Positions 31,050 to 42,807 of a stretch of 64,000 nucleotides of DNA are shown here, one piece after another; the stretch's first letter is position 1; every line of letters starts with the position of its first letter. The position numbers and the translations under genes are program-made. The notes beneath the pieces were generated by a model, which had not been told where the DNA came from, did not search any database, and was given only the letters and a program-made list of their open reading frames with translations. Source of the DNA: Novakomyces olei. Lineage: Eukaryota. The DNA is taken from contig JADEYG010000005.1 in NCBI GenBank assembly GCA_016906335.1, positions 248,001 through 312,000 of the forward strand, written 5' to 3'.

Positions 31050-32727
31050 TAATAATAATAATAATAATAACAATAATAATATTAATAATATTAATAATAT
31101 TAATAATAATAACAATAATAATAATAATAAAAGCTCTGCTGCCTCGTCTATTCTGGACACGATTCACACGCGTCGGCTCGGCGATATCGCTTTAAGCAAA
31201 TCTACTCCGGGCACACGCGAATCGGATTTGCAACGCATACTCGAATTAAACATTCCACCTCCCGTGATCGACATGTATGCGCGGTTACGCGCTGCTGCGC
31301 CACAAACTGCATTAATGGCGGAGATTAAACGCGCTTCGCCTTCGCGTAAAGACATTGACGTGAACGCGAGCGCGTGCTCGCAAGCGCGTGCTTACGCGTT
31401 GAGTGGCGCGTTTGTAATTTCGTGTTTAACGGAGCCTCATTGGTTCAAAGGCTCTCTGTTTGATATGCGATCTGTTCGTGATTCAGTCGCGACACTGCCG
31501 GAAAGGCCGGCAGTTTTACGCAAAGATTTCATTGTAGATCCTTATCAGATCTTGGAGGCACGTGTAAATGGGGCAGATAGTGTTTTATTGATTGTGGCCA
31601 TGTTGCCAACAGAGCAATTGCAGCATTTGCTCAAATATTCCCGGCAGTTAGGGATGGAGCCATTAGTAGAGGTTAATTCTGCAAAGGAAATGCAGATTGC
31701 TCTGCATGTGGGGTCACGTATCATTGGTGTAAACAACCGTAACTTGCACACTTTTCACGTTGATTTGGCCACTACAAGCAGCGTAGCGGCAATGGTCCCT
31801 AGCAGCGTCATCTTGTGTGCTTTAAGTGGCATTTCTACTAGGCAGGATGTGGAAAAGTACACGCGTGAGGGCGTTTCTGCCGTGCTCGTGGGTGAGGCAC
31901 TTATGCGTGCAAAGGATACAAAAGCTTTTGTAAACGAATTACTCGGCAAAGGATCTGATAAGCAATCTCCTGAGGGATCTGATAAAGACTTTGAGGTCAA
32001 ATCTCCGCCACTGGTTAAAATATGTGGGACACGAACTCCAGAGGCCGCAGTAGCTGCCGTTAATGCTGGCGCTGATTTTGTGGGGATAATTCTTGTTCCT
32101 GGTTCCAGGCGCTCTGTCTCCTATACAAGGGCTCGAGAAATTTCTGATGCTGTTCATCAGCACTCTTCTACAATGAGCAAACGCGAAGCTACTAAATTCC
32201 AAGCTTCAGTCGAACAGTCTCAAGACTGGTTTGATTTCCAGGCAGAATGGATCCGCAGCCAAACAAGGCCTCTGGTGGTCGGAGTCTTCCGCAATGCTTC
32301 CCTGGATGAGATAATGAAAGCAGTTTCTGTTGCCCGGCTAGATGCAGTCCAATTACACGGCTCTGAGCCCATAGAATGGGCCCGGCTTCTCCCGATACCG
32401 GTTATAAAGGCCTTTTCTCCGGAAGATTCTGCGTTTTCAAGACCTGGTTTCCATTCGCTGCCTTTGCTGGATGGCGCTGGTGGCGGAGGCCAAGGGCAAG
32501 TGCTCGACTGGCATAGTATTGCTGATCGCATGACTCAAGTTGAAGGATTAGCAAGCAAAGATAGTGCCCCATTAATATTAGCGGGCGGACTGACTCCCGA
32601 TAATGTGGGTCAGGCAATCAGTATTGTCAGGCCAATTGGAGTCGATACGAGTAGCGGAGTCGAAACGGACGGAGTGCAAGATCTGGGCAAGATTGCAGCA
32701 TTTGTAAAGGCCGCCAAAAACGCATAA
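29682..32727 (+). CDS. trp1: Trifunctional tryptophan biosynthesis protein TrpG-TrpC-TrpF (anthranilate synthase component II / IGPS / PRAI); intron 29823-30372
   Basis: IDNYDSFTWN, ISPGPGHP, GVCMGQQ, GVQYHPES; AEIKRASPS, LRKDFI, IGVNNRNL; VKICGT, QLHGSE, ILAGGLTPDNV, GVDTSSGVET. Confidence 0.97.
30895..31128 (+). repeat. Coding (AAT)n repeat, 78 codons (74 Asn, 3 Ile, 1 Lys)
   Basis: In frame between the GATase and IGPS domains. Confidence 0.95.
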
Positions 32728-32987
32728 TGTCGGGGTCAATAGAGCTTATAGACGTCGAGCTGATTATATGATAATTTGATTATATAATAATTTGATCATT
32801 CAATTGTGCAATATTTCAAATTTTAAATTTTAAATTTTAAATACTAAATTTTTGTAATTATTCTCAAGGCCACTTTTTCTAGCATTCTATTATGGATTTC
32901 TACATGATCTGATTCACGATCGTGTTTTTAATGTTAAAAATATGTAAACCCTGACCCTAATACTTGTTTCTTAAAGTAAATACAAGA

Positions 32988-34425
32988 CTACTTTTTTACC
33001 CGTTTTGTCAGCAGCTTTGCGATTGTAAGCAGCTGAATGTTTGAAGTTCCCTCGTAAATCGATCCAATCTTTGAATCGCGCCAGTACTTTTCAATACCAA
33101 GTTCACGCGTAAAGCCTACACCTCCCATCCAATCAATACACGAGGAAGCCGTGCGCTGGGCAACTTGGCTCGAATAAAGTTTTGCCATTGCAGCTTCACG
33201 TACAAAAGGCAGTCCCGCGTCTTTTAGACGCGTCGAGTTGTAAAGTAACAGTCTTGCTGCCTCCAATTCTGTCTCGGCTTGAGCAAACTGGAACTGCATC
33301 CCCTGAAAATCCCCCACTGCCTGTCCAAATTGGTGTCGTTCATTCAAACAGAAATCAACCGCCCTGTCAAACACTCCACTAGCCAGTCCGACCATTTGGG
33401 CGGCAATGCCGATACGGCCTTCATTCAGTATACCGATTGCTATTCGATAGCCCTCGCCTTCCGCGCCGAGACGATTAGCCGCAGGTATTCTCACGCCATC
33501 CAAGGTCAGCCCACACGTGGATGATGCGCGTATCCCGAGCTTTTTCTCCTTTGGGTTGACCTGGAATCCTGGGGTATTGCGATCGACGATGAAAGCGGTA
33601 ATACCCTTGTACCCCGCATTCGCATCGAGAGTGGCAAAAACGATAAACATATCAGCCTCCCACGCATTGGTGATCCACATTTTTGTGCCGTCAATGACGT
33701 AATCGTCTCCGTCACGACGCGCACGCGTTCGCAACGCGAACGCGTCGGAACCGGAACCGGTTTCGGATAACGCGAAACTGCCGACGCGTTTCTGCGCCAA
33801 TGAGGGCAGCAGATTTTGCTGCTGTTCTGTAGTGCCGTAAAGCCTTATACACGAGTTTACCAGCGTGTTTTGCACGTCACACATTACCGCTACTGCCGCA
33901 TCGGCCCGCGCAAGCTCTTCGACTACTATCGCCACACCCGTAAACGTCCCGCCCACGCCGCCATACTCCTCCGGCGTCTCCACTCCCATATACTGTCGTG
34001 AGCAATGGATGTCATTTCATACTAATGGGCACATTGAATAATGATGAATTAAATCGATGATTTTGAATAAAAACAAATAACAAATAAAATTAAATTAAAT
34101 AAAATTAAATTAAATTAAATAAAATAAAATTAAATTAAATTAAATAAAATAAAATAAAATTCGAATACGCCAGTCAAGGCCCAGTCTAGTCTTGCTCGAA
34201 TCTTACTCCATTCTGAAACAATCCTTCAATAATGGCGGGATCCATCGACTCCCGCTCGTCCATTGCCGTTGCCCTGGGTGCAATTTCAGCCTTGGCAAAA
34301 GTCGCGACAGCGTCACGCAGCATTGTTTCCTCCTCTGAGAAATGGGTCAGAGGCCCATTGCTATAGGGCCGAGTGGCGGCCCAAAGTGGCCGCCACTGCG
34401 ACCGAGATGCAAGTCGGCGCAGCAT
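32988..34425 (-). CDS. Mitochondrial short/branched-chain acyl-CoA dehydrogenase (ACADSB-like); intron 33993-34206
   Basis: Presequence MLRRLASRSQWRPLW, FALSETGSGSDA, GTKMWITN, KLGIRASST, GRIGIAAQ, IDWMGGVGF, KIGSIYEGTSNIQ. Confidence 0.93.
34070..34160 (+). repeat. (TAAAT/TAAAA)n pentamer repeat in the acyl-CoA dehydrogenase intron
   Basis: Direct reading. Confidence 0.9.
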
Positions 34426-34994
34426 TGTTATTTGGCAATTTTGATTTATTACGGTTTTATTCCGTAGAGCGAGTGACATGTGATTCCAATTTATACGCGG
34501 GAAATCTCGACACGCCCTCCTATTAATGTGGGGAAGACCGTACATAGTGATTGTGCTATCTATATATTGTGGGGCCAACCGAGGAATTAGTGCGAGTATA
34601 TTTGCTTGATTGATTTAGTAAGTAATACAGTGGGACAATAATTGGGTTAGGTACAATTGCGCCGTATATACATCAAATTCTATTATGTTTTTCTACTATT
34701 AAATTTGTTCTATTATAAACTTCATTCTGTAACCAAATTTATCGAAATTTATCCTATAATAAATTTCATTCTATCATTATTTCATTTATTGTATGGTTCA
34801 ATTTGTCGAATTACGGCTCGTACTATCATTTATTTATCAATTAATATACATACACTGCCATAAAGACCATTTTATTTTATTAATTAATTTTATTAATTTA
34901 TTAATTTGTTTAACTAATTAATAAACATATTTTACAATATTCGTAAACTACAACTGTATATTTCATTCACGATCGAGCTCATACGTTGGCCTCA

Positions 34995-36432
34995 TCACGA
35001 CGTCCCTAAATTGTCGAGCCCGCGTACTGGCGCTTGTACAATATCTCCATGCTCTTCAATCAAATGTTTGTACCGCGTCTCCGCCTCACGGATCGCCTTT
35101 TGCAGATCCAATTCATGTGCCAGCACGTCCTCCCCCTCCTGTTCCAGTGCGCTCAACTGGGTTTCTACGTGACCACGCGAAACTGTCAGGTCACTTAGAC
35201 GCGCTTCTAGACGCGCCAGAGCCCCTTGCAGCGTTGGAACGGGTCGTATCTCTGGCGGACGCGTGGGCTTATGGAGCCGGGTTGAGGTATAAGCGCCCTT
35301 GTTTATTTGCGCTGCCTCCCACGCGCTGTCTTCCGAGCCGGTAGAGTCATCGCTACAGTTAGAATGATCAGAAACAGATTTGTTTGTGAAAGAAGTAAAA
35401 TGTGCAAATAAAAAATGAAAAATGTGCAAATTAATAAAAAAATCCCCCCCACTTTCAAGTGACCTGCACAAAAGATTGTAAATTAAGATAGACATAATAT
35501 AATATAACCCTTATACGCTTGTATAATTCGAATAGATAAAGTTAAGGCATACTCATCCAAAGCTTCTTGAACGGCCTTCCGTCTGGCCCTCGACTCGCCC
35601 GCACGGCCATTCAGTACCAGTTTTGTATCGACATACTCGTCCAAGGCGGCCTCATCATCATCGCCACTACGAGCTCCCTTTGCAACGTCTTCGACACCCA
35701 CAAAATCCCCACCAAACTGCCGCTCATGAGCGGCCCGTTCTCGAATAGATCTCAACCCTTTCACTAAGCCTGGATCTGGAATCTGTGGAGCAGGTGTAGC
35801 ATTCGCGTCATACGTGAGCGTGATTGCCGAAGGGTCGTCCGGCAGTTCAAGTATAGACGACGCTTCTGCATTCACTGAAGGTCCCTCATTTTCCAGCCCA
35901 GTTTCTCCCGAATCTTGAGCTTCGTCTTTAGGCTTTTGTGTAGCAGCGCGCAGCTGCTCTAGCACCTCTGGCGGATACGAAGATGAGGGTAAGGCTTCTT
36001 CGGAGGGACCTTTAGGCCGTAATAATTTTCCTTGTGCGAGCTTTTTGCTCATTTGCGACCGACGCGGCCGAAACACTTCATTTTCCTCGCCTTCTTCGTC
36101 CTTCAGGATTAGCTTTGCACATAATTCGAGCCTTCTAGTGAGAGTGACTCGTATTGTAATTGTTAATTAGAAAAAGGCAGATATAGTATTAATCACAGCC
36201 GCTCTACTCAGCTGAAATTTATGTATGGTCATTTTTAAAAGCAGTTTGAAACGTACATCGAGGTGTTTGATCCGCGATTGACTTGGCCGAGGTCGGTTCT
36301 GTGTCCGTTTTATTTCTACTCGATTAGATCTAGTTTAAAATAAATAAATGAAATACCTATAGTATCGCTGCTGTCAGCTTCTTCGTCGGCTGCGACTGCG
36401 CGCGGAGTCGGCCGCGCCCGTCGCGAGTGCAT
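34995..36432 (-). CDS. NTR2: Ntr2-like spliceosome disassembly factor; introns 36316-36356, 36101-36256, 35353-35552
   Basis: IPDPGLV...RERAA, WEAAQINKGAY, PVPTLQGALARLEARL coiled coil, C-terminal RGLDNLG; all exons join in frame. Confidence 0.72.
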
Positions 36433-37362
36433 TGCTACCGAATCATTTGAAGCAAGTCGAGCAATGAACAAACAATATTTAGCACTATATTATCACTGAT
36501 CAAAGTACTAATTCTGTCATATATTAAGTAGCTGTAATATTACTACGAATTATACTGTGAGATTGCTGTCGTTTATTAGTTTTGGATATAATGTATATCA
36601 GCGACAGAAGAGAATACCGAAAACCCCAATCAATTTAAAAAGCACAAGATTGCATTTAGATAAATAAGGCAGAGGCGGCCGTCTATATATTGGGGATGTA
36701 GGTGTTCCATCTAGAAAAAGAGATTAAAATCGGCCTGGCTACTGTGAATTTTTTTTCGTAAAATTTTGGTGTGGGCTACTTGGCAGTTGCATTGAGGATT
36801 TGTAACAAAAGTCTACGTTTTTTTGGTCTGAGTTTCTGTAATCTATGAAAGGTTCGTATACAGGAGAAAAAAATCAAAACTAATACTTTACATCTATATG
36901 TACGAGGAAAATGTTGTGTGCAATACTTCTTTTTATTTTGTTTCGTGAGTGATGCAATGTTCTATATGCAAATAAGCATAAACGCGCGCTTTCTGTATAG
37001 CATGCCAAAGCAAAAGTTATGGGTTCAATATAGTCAATCACTGAACTGCTGATTGTTCGCCAGTTTTCTATTCAAAAGTCAGGCGCTAGACAGCGGTGGG
37101 TTGACGATGGTACCTTATGAATGCACGTATTCCTGTAAAATTGCGACTGAAGGGTTGAGCTTTTACCCCTCAGTGAATCCCGCAGGCTAAATAGAAAATG
37201 CAATAACAAGAGCACCTTCTTCGTACACCGATTCGCCGGTGGATCTGACGAGAATGCGCAGTAGTAAATCTGGCCAATAGATGATTCGAGAAGCCGTTGA
37301 CTTGCAATGATTTCCATAGCGTTAAGATATCTAAATATATGTACATAAATTGGTCAATAATA

Positions 37363-38895
37363 TCACCTCTCCATTGCGAAAAACCGTTTGCCTGCCTCAT
37401 AGCTTGATATCATAATAGCACAAGCAGGCGCTACTTTAGCACAGCGGGGAACAGCTCCACGAAAAAGACCAGAAATGCCCTTTGCACGCCAAATATCACG
37501 CATTGCTGTGAGTGTAGTAACGCGTGGGTGCTTGGGCGACTCCTTGTGCTGCTCAATTTGCACGTGTGTTTTAACCACATCGAAGGGTGTCGTTACAAAG
37601 GCAGCAAAGCTCCCACTCAAGAGTCCAGACGCAAAAGACACTGCAAATCCCGCATCGCCCTTAAAACTGGCTCCCACACTAGGCGCGGGAGAAAGAAATT
37701 TCTTGGAAGCCTCGTACCCATACCAGTATAATCCGCTAAAGGGTACATCCCGCACAAGAGTGACAAACACTCCCTTCCACAAGCTGCGAATTCCCTCAGC
37801 GCGAGCCATTTGCCTCACACCTGCCAGTACAATTTTAAAAGCTTGTGCCGACGGAACAGTGGCCAGTGTGGCCGATTGAAGGCGTGTTCTTAACAGTTCT
37901 AACGGCGATATTACAGTGGCCGCAGCAGCACGTGCTGTTGCTCCTGCTATTAAAGGAGCAAGTGGCATATCGCTAGCGAGCAAATCCAGGCGGATATATT
38001 CATAACCCAAAAAATAAATGGCGGTTGAGGGCACTGCCATTCCTAGCGTGGGCGACAGCCCGCGCCAGAGCGCTCCCACGCCCTCATTTCGAACAATCTG
38101 CTTAAGTAAAGTAAATGTACCGGGAATCCGGTTGGGCGCCGGGACAGTTGTCGGCTCGATAGCGCAGCCGATCGAAGTGGGCGGAACGTGGGCTGCCAGT
38201 GGTGCACGTAACTCTGCCAAAGTAGGGCCGATTAATCCCCGTGCGTGAGAATAGTCGGTTAGAATAGTGTGTGACAAGTCACGCGGTGTGGGCTGCGCGT
38301 AAGACTGCATTCGTGTTTTCACCATATCCAGCGGTGTCACTGCGCAAAATGTTAGGAAAAAATGGGCTAAAGTAGAACGCAAATAGTATAAAACACGGGA
38401 AAAGGGTATCAGGGGTAGCTTTATGAATACATTGCAAGGCAACGATAGGTAAACAATCGTTTTTGAAAAGAAATTGGCAAACAAAATATTTTATGAGCAT
38501 GGATTACACACCACAGGCAAGAATATTGAGCAAAAATATTGAACGAAAAGATTGCAGGACGTGGGTAAAACTATAAATGGACGCTGTAGCAAAAGAGAAG
38601 CAACAAGGATAAAACCGAAACTGAGCTCGGAATACGTAGCAAAAGCATATAACACGTAGTACAGGACAGAATAAAACTAGCTCTGAAAAGAAACCTAAAA
38701 AAGCGAAAAATAAAGGCTCGGACAAAATGTAGAAGGAGGCTCTAGACCCAAATTTGTTCGCAGCATACCCAGTAAGCTTGTCATGCAAGCGCCAACGCAC
38801 GAGCTCAGAAACTTGTTTGTTAATGATACTGTGCGTTCAGTTGGACCGTCGGCGATATCGACGCGTCCATCCTCGAACGCCGTCACGTTCGACAT
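37363..38895 (-). CDS. MTM1: Mitochondrial carrier, Mtm1/SLC25A39-40 subfamily; intron 38340-38768
   Basis: Three PxD/ExxK/R signatures (PLDMVKTR, PLELLRTR, PFDVVKT), LWRGLSPTL, RDVPFSGLYW, KVAPACAIMISSYE. Confidence 0.9.
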
Positions 38896-40629
38896 TATGC
38901 CCGCATGAAAAAGTCAAATAAAGCCAAAGACAAGATCCAGGCTTGCTCTCGAGGCGTAAAATTGAAGCGTAACGTAGACTGCCAGACCGTTCGTGGTGTC
39001 AAACTGCCCTGGCCGAGGGTCACTTTTTCAGGTCTAATCTTATTCCAGTTAATTAATTACTCGTCTGTACGAACAATTAAAATCGATTTTTTGGCACTAG
39101 TTAGTTCATAGTATCGTCAGAATTTTATCTGATATTGAAATATTGAATACGTACATTATGGGTTTTACGGTATTTTCTCACTAGACTCAAATACAAAGTT
39201 ATTCTCGATATATTAATTTACGACTATTATCTCGAACACGGCCGTCTTTACACAATGTCGAGCATTCGACTAAGCAGTCAGTATATTATTTTACTCTGCA
39301 AAGCAATCTACAATTTTATCAGATTTATTCTACACATTCGAGATCTATATCATGATAAGATGTTTCTACGATCACGTAATATTTGACAGCGAAAATGGCG
39401 CAGAGGTGACAGCGTCGAACTGTAGTGTGCTCCGAGGAAGACAATTTTACGTAAGCACTTAAAAGTATCCAACTGCACCCAGATTACGCAAAATTGGCTT
39501 TTGCGGTATCAGAGTGGTGCCAAATTTACAAGATTCTGACTGGCTGACCTCTTTGCTGAGTTATGGAGGCTTTAATACTTTATGATTTGTCGCCGTCTAG
39601 ACTTAATTTAAAGCATATCTGAGAGCATTCATTAATGTTTAATTCTTTGCGATTTAATCACCTATTGGGCGCAACAGCACTCCGGTACGATACGATGCAC
39701 TCGCCCGTATGCTGCTACATTGTGTATACATAAATGATAGCACGCATGCTATCCTTGCCCTCTATTTGGGTACCAAAAATGGGTCAACCTTTTCCTGATC
39801 TTCTTATACTCGTCTCCAGTTTCACGTAATCAGTTTGAACATTCATTATCTAGACTGTTGATAACGTAGTTTGTGTGTAGCACAAGCAGACCATAACGTA
39901 AGTATTTATCCATGTGCAATCACATGCAGGACAGAACAATCCATTTTGAGCATGAACATGGTGGTTTAGTAATTCATGATAATTACTAAAACGGTATTAC
40001 GGATGGACGTCTATAAATTTTTTAGAATCATGTTTTTGGCTCATGCTTCATTCGTTCAATCAGATAGTTACATGATCGGCCCTGTTACACCAAATAATAG
40101 CAGTTCGATAGGAATGCTGAATACTCGATTGCCGGCGGATTGACATCAAAAGGGAAATGGTCTGAAAAGATCTCCAAACAACTTGATGACGCCAGAGCAA
40201 AGTCTGCAAACAGAGTCCCTGCGTATCGACCGAGATCGCCAACGTAAAGTTACTCACGTGATAATATCGTAAGGAGCTTTATGACTAATGGTGGTCTATT
40301 AAGTATCCTTTTTGGTCGCAAAGGAAAGAGGATTTTTCATAGCTATCGGTGATTATCAATAACAAACCAATTGATTATCAAACGATGTGCGCAATAGAGC
40401 AAACAAGTGTGCATTTAGAGAATAAAAATATTATTCAAACATAATACATATGTTCAAGTAATATATCAGTAAACGGACCCGCCGGTCGCCGAGCAACCGG
40501 TGGTGGGCATAACAACTCGGATGAGCCTTCTGATTGGTCGGATTGGCACGGCTCCGGGGCAACCGCGTAGCCGCATGCGGCCATTCACAGAGTGGCACGA
40601 TCAGCAATGTTTGTATACAAAGCTCGCTA

Positions 40630-40638
40630 ATGACGTCA
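40630..40638. promoter_or_regulatory. Palindromic CRE/M26-type site ATGACGTCA upstream of nce102
   Basis: Exact ATF/CREB consensus near two ATTGG (CCAAT) boxes at about 40533 and 40542; function untested. Confidence 0.4.
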
Positions 40639-41018
40639 ACCTGTCAGAGAAGCAAGATGGAGGAGGTCCATGCCATGCAAAAATATGCATGGACAGCGGC
40701 AGGGAGGCAGATGGTAGATATAGAATACATGGCACTATTTGAGTTTAGCTGTTCCCATTGAACTTTGCATTAGTAATATATTTAGATACATTTTGTTTCA
40801 TTTCGATGTGAGTATGATCAAGCGCTTTCGGTCGCATTTATTTATTCGCTTCTTTCCTTTTCGATAACACATTACGCATTTGATCGGTAACCCGTTACAG
40901 GCCCGTTGTCATCATCGTCATCGCACAGGTGAGCATAATAATCGCGATACATTTAACTTTTAGTAGGATCCTCGAATGTGTAAGCAGACCGAAAAAAAGA
41001 AGGGTTCGGTCGCTTGCG

Positions 41019-41026
41019 TATAAAAA
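41019..41026 (+). promoter_or_regulatory. TATA box (TATAAAAA) of nce102
   Basis: About 110 nt upstream of the ATG at 41133. Confidence 0.6.
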
Positions 41027-41132
41027 GGTGCGGGAGCCCGCACCTCCATTTCCTCCAAAAATTTCCATCTAGGAATACCATTACAAGCTTCACTAGTTTG
41101 CAAAGCTTTTCTTTAACTCATCATCCATTAAA

Positions 41133-41636
41133 ATGGCCGCTTCTCAGTACGGCATAACCACTTATGTCTTTCGCTCGGTGCAATTTGTATTTGCTGTTAT
41201 AGTGTTGGCTCTTTCCGCCGCACTTGTACAACAGCAAAGCGGAGGATCTAGCTCACGTATTAACTTTTTGGTTTTCGTCGGCGCCTTCTCACTTCTTACG
41301 ACTTTTGCTACCATCGCTGGAATTTTGCTTCCATCAACGCTTGGCCACCCTTTCCTCATCACTACTTATGACTTTTTGAACTTTGCCTTCACTCTGTCTG
41401 GTGGCGCTGCTCTTGCTACTCTCATCCGCGTTCACAGCTGCAGCAACCAGGAATACTTGAACCGCATGGCCCTTTTCTCCGGTTCTGAGAACCGATGCCG
41501 TGAATCTCAGGCTCTCGTTGCCTTTGACTGGTTCCTGTTTGGTACTTATCTTGGCTCGATGATCTTCCAGATCTTTGTGATCTTTGGATCCTCTACGCCG
41601 CGCATCACCCGCCGGCCTCAAATGTCATCTGTCTAA
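41133..41636 (+). CDS. NCE102: Nce102/Fhn1 eisosome MARVEL tetraspan protein, intronless
   Basis: FRSVQFVFAVIVLALS, SRINFLVF, DFLN, RVHSCSNQEY, RCRESQA..AF.WF; four TM segments. Confidence 0.9.
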   Translation: MAASQYGITTYVFRSVQFVFAVIVLALSAALVQQQSGGSSSRINFLVFVGAFSLLTTFATIAGILLPSTLGHPFLITTYDFLNFAFTLSGGAALATLIRVHSCSNQEYLNRMALFSGSENRCRESQALVAFDWFLFGTYLGSMIFQIFVIFGSSTPRITRRPQMSSV

Positions 41637-42807
41637 ATCAAGCATTTCGTCGTCTGCACTGAGAGAGGAAAATGAAAAACAATTTTGAGAAAATGACGTT
41701 AACCATATTGCCCGACCGCCTTGATCTTACAACCATCAAGGTTTTTTATTTCTATACCGCTCCCTTTATTGTGCAGTTTATTAGTGCTGTAATTGGCAAT
41801 GCTGTGCCTTTTGGTTTTGGCTTTGTCCATGTTCGATATACGAATTCAACGACAATCACAGACACAGACACCCACAACAATTACACATGAAATTTGCGAC
41901 TATTGACATCGGCGTCTTGCTTTCGTTTTGTGCATATTAATTGCGTTGGCAATCGGTGTTTTCTTTGTTATATTCCTTGCGGGGCTATATTGTTTTCTTG
42001 GCTGTTTTCTCTGAGCTTATTTGTCTTTTGTTCTTGACAGTCTGACTTATGATGACATGAGATGCAATTAATGACATTTTTTTAATCAAAATAATACTTC
42101 GTCCTTTTATATTTCGTTAACATTTTCGTTTCGAGAAATGCCCTTAAACATCAAAGACTATATGTTGCAGGATGCGGCTCAATTATGCAAGCAAACTGCG
42201 GGGTTTTGAAGCAAGAGGCGATTTAGCGTGGATTACCCCGATAATGTTACTTTTTACTATTATACAAACTTCCTTCTTTAATGCTACGTAATAATTAGCC
42301 TATGTGTTGATTTTAATAGTACTCAAATTTAAACACTATCGTGTCAGCCATTCAACTCGCGTACATTTTGTAGAAATTGTGGATAGGACGCAACCTTCAA
42401 AATCGGCTGCTGGCATCATGAATTTTGGGTGAATTTGAGGTCTGAAAGGGCGAAAATGTGAGCAATCCAGTAGTCGAAATCAATGTGGGATCTCGTTGAT
42501 CGATATCAGGCCAGTCGATAGCCGAGCTTAACCTACAGATTTTATTGAGGATTATGCAAAGTATATATATAGATTGACTGACGAAATTGTGCAAAAGACG
42601 ATGATAATAACAATAAAAATAAAAATAATAATAATAATAATAATAACAATGAAAACATTACTTCATACTATACCATAAACGAGCAGACGCGGTTTCCTTT
42701 GTACTACCCATTTCCCTGTAATTTCCCTGTAATTACTATTATTCACACTATACAAATAAAAGGATAAAAGGAAAAAGTTTGATCCAACGAGCTCGCTGTA
42801 AAGCTAC

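Noticed and set aside
30685-31167. Poly-Leu and poly-Ile antisense ORFs
   Set aside because: Reverse-strand shadows of the (AAT)n tract.
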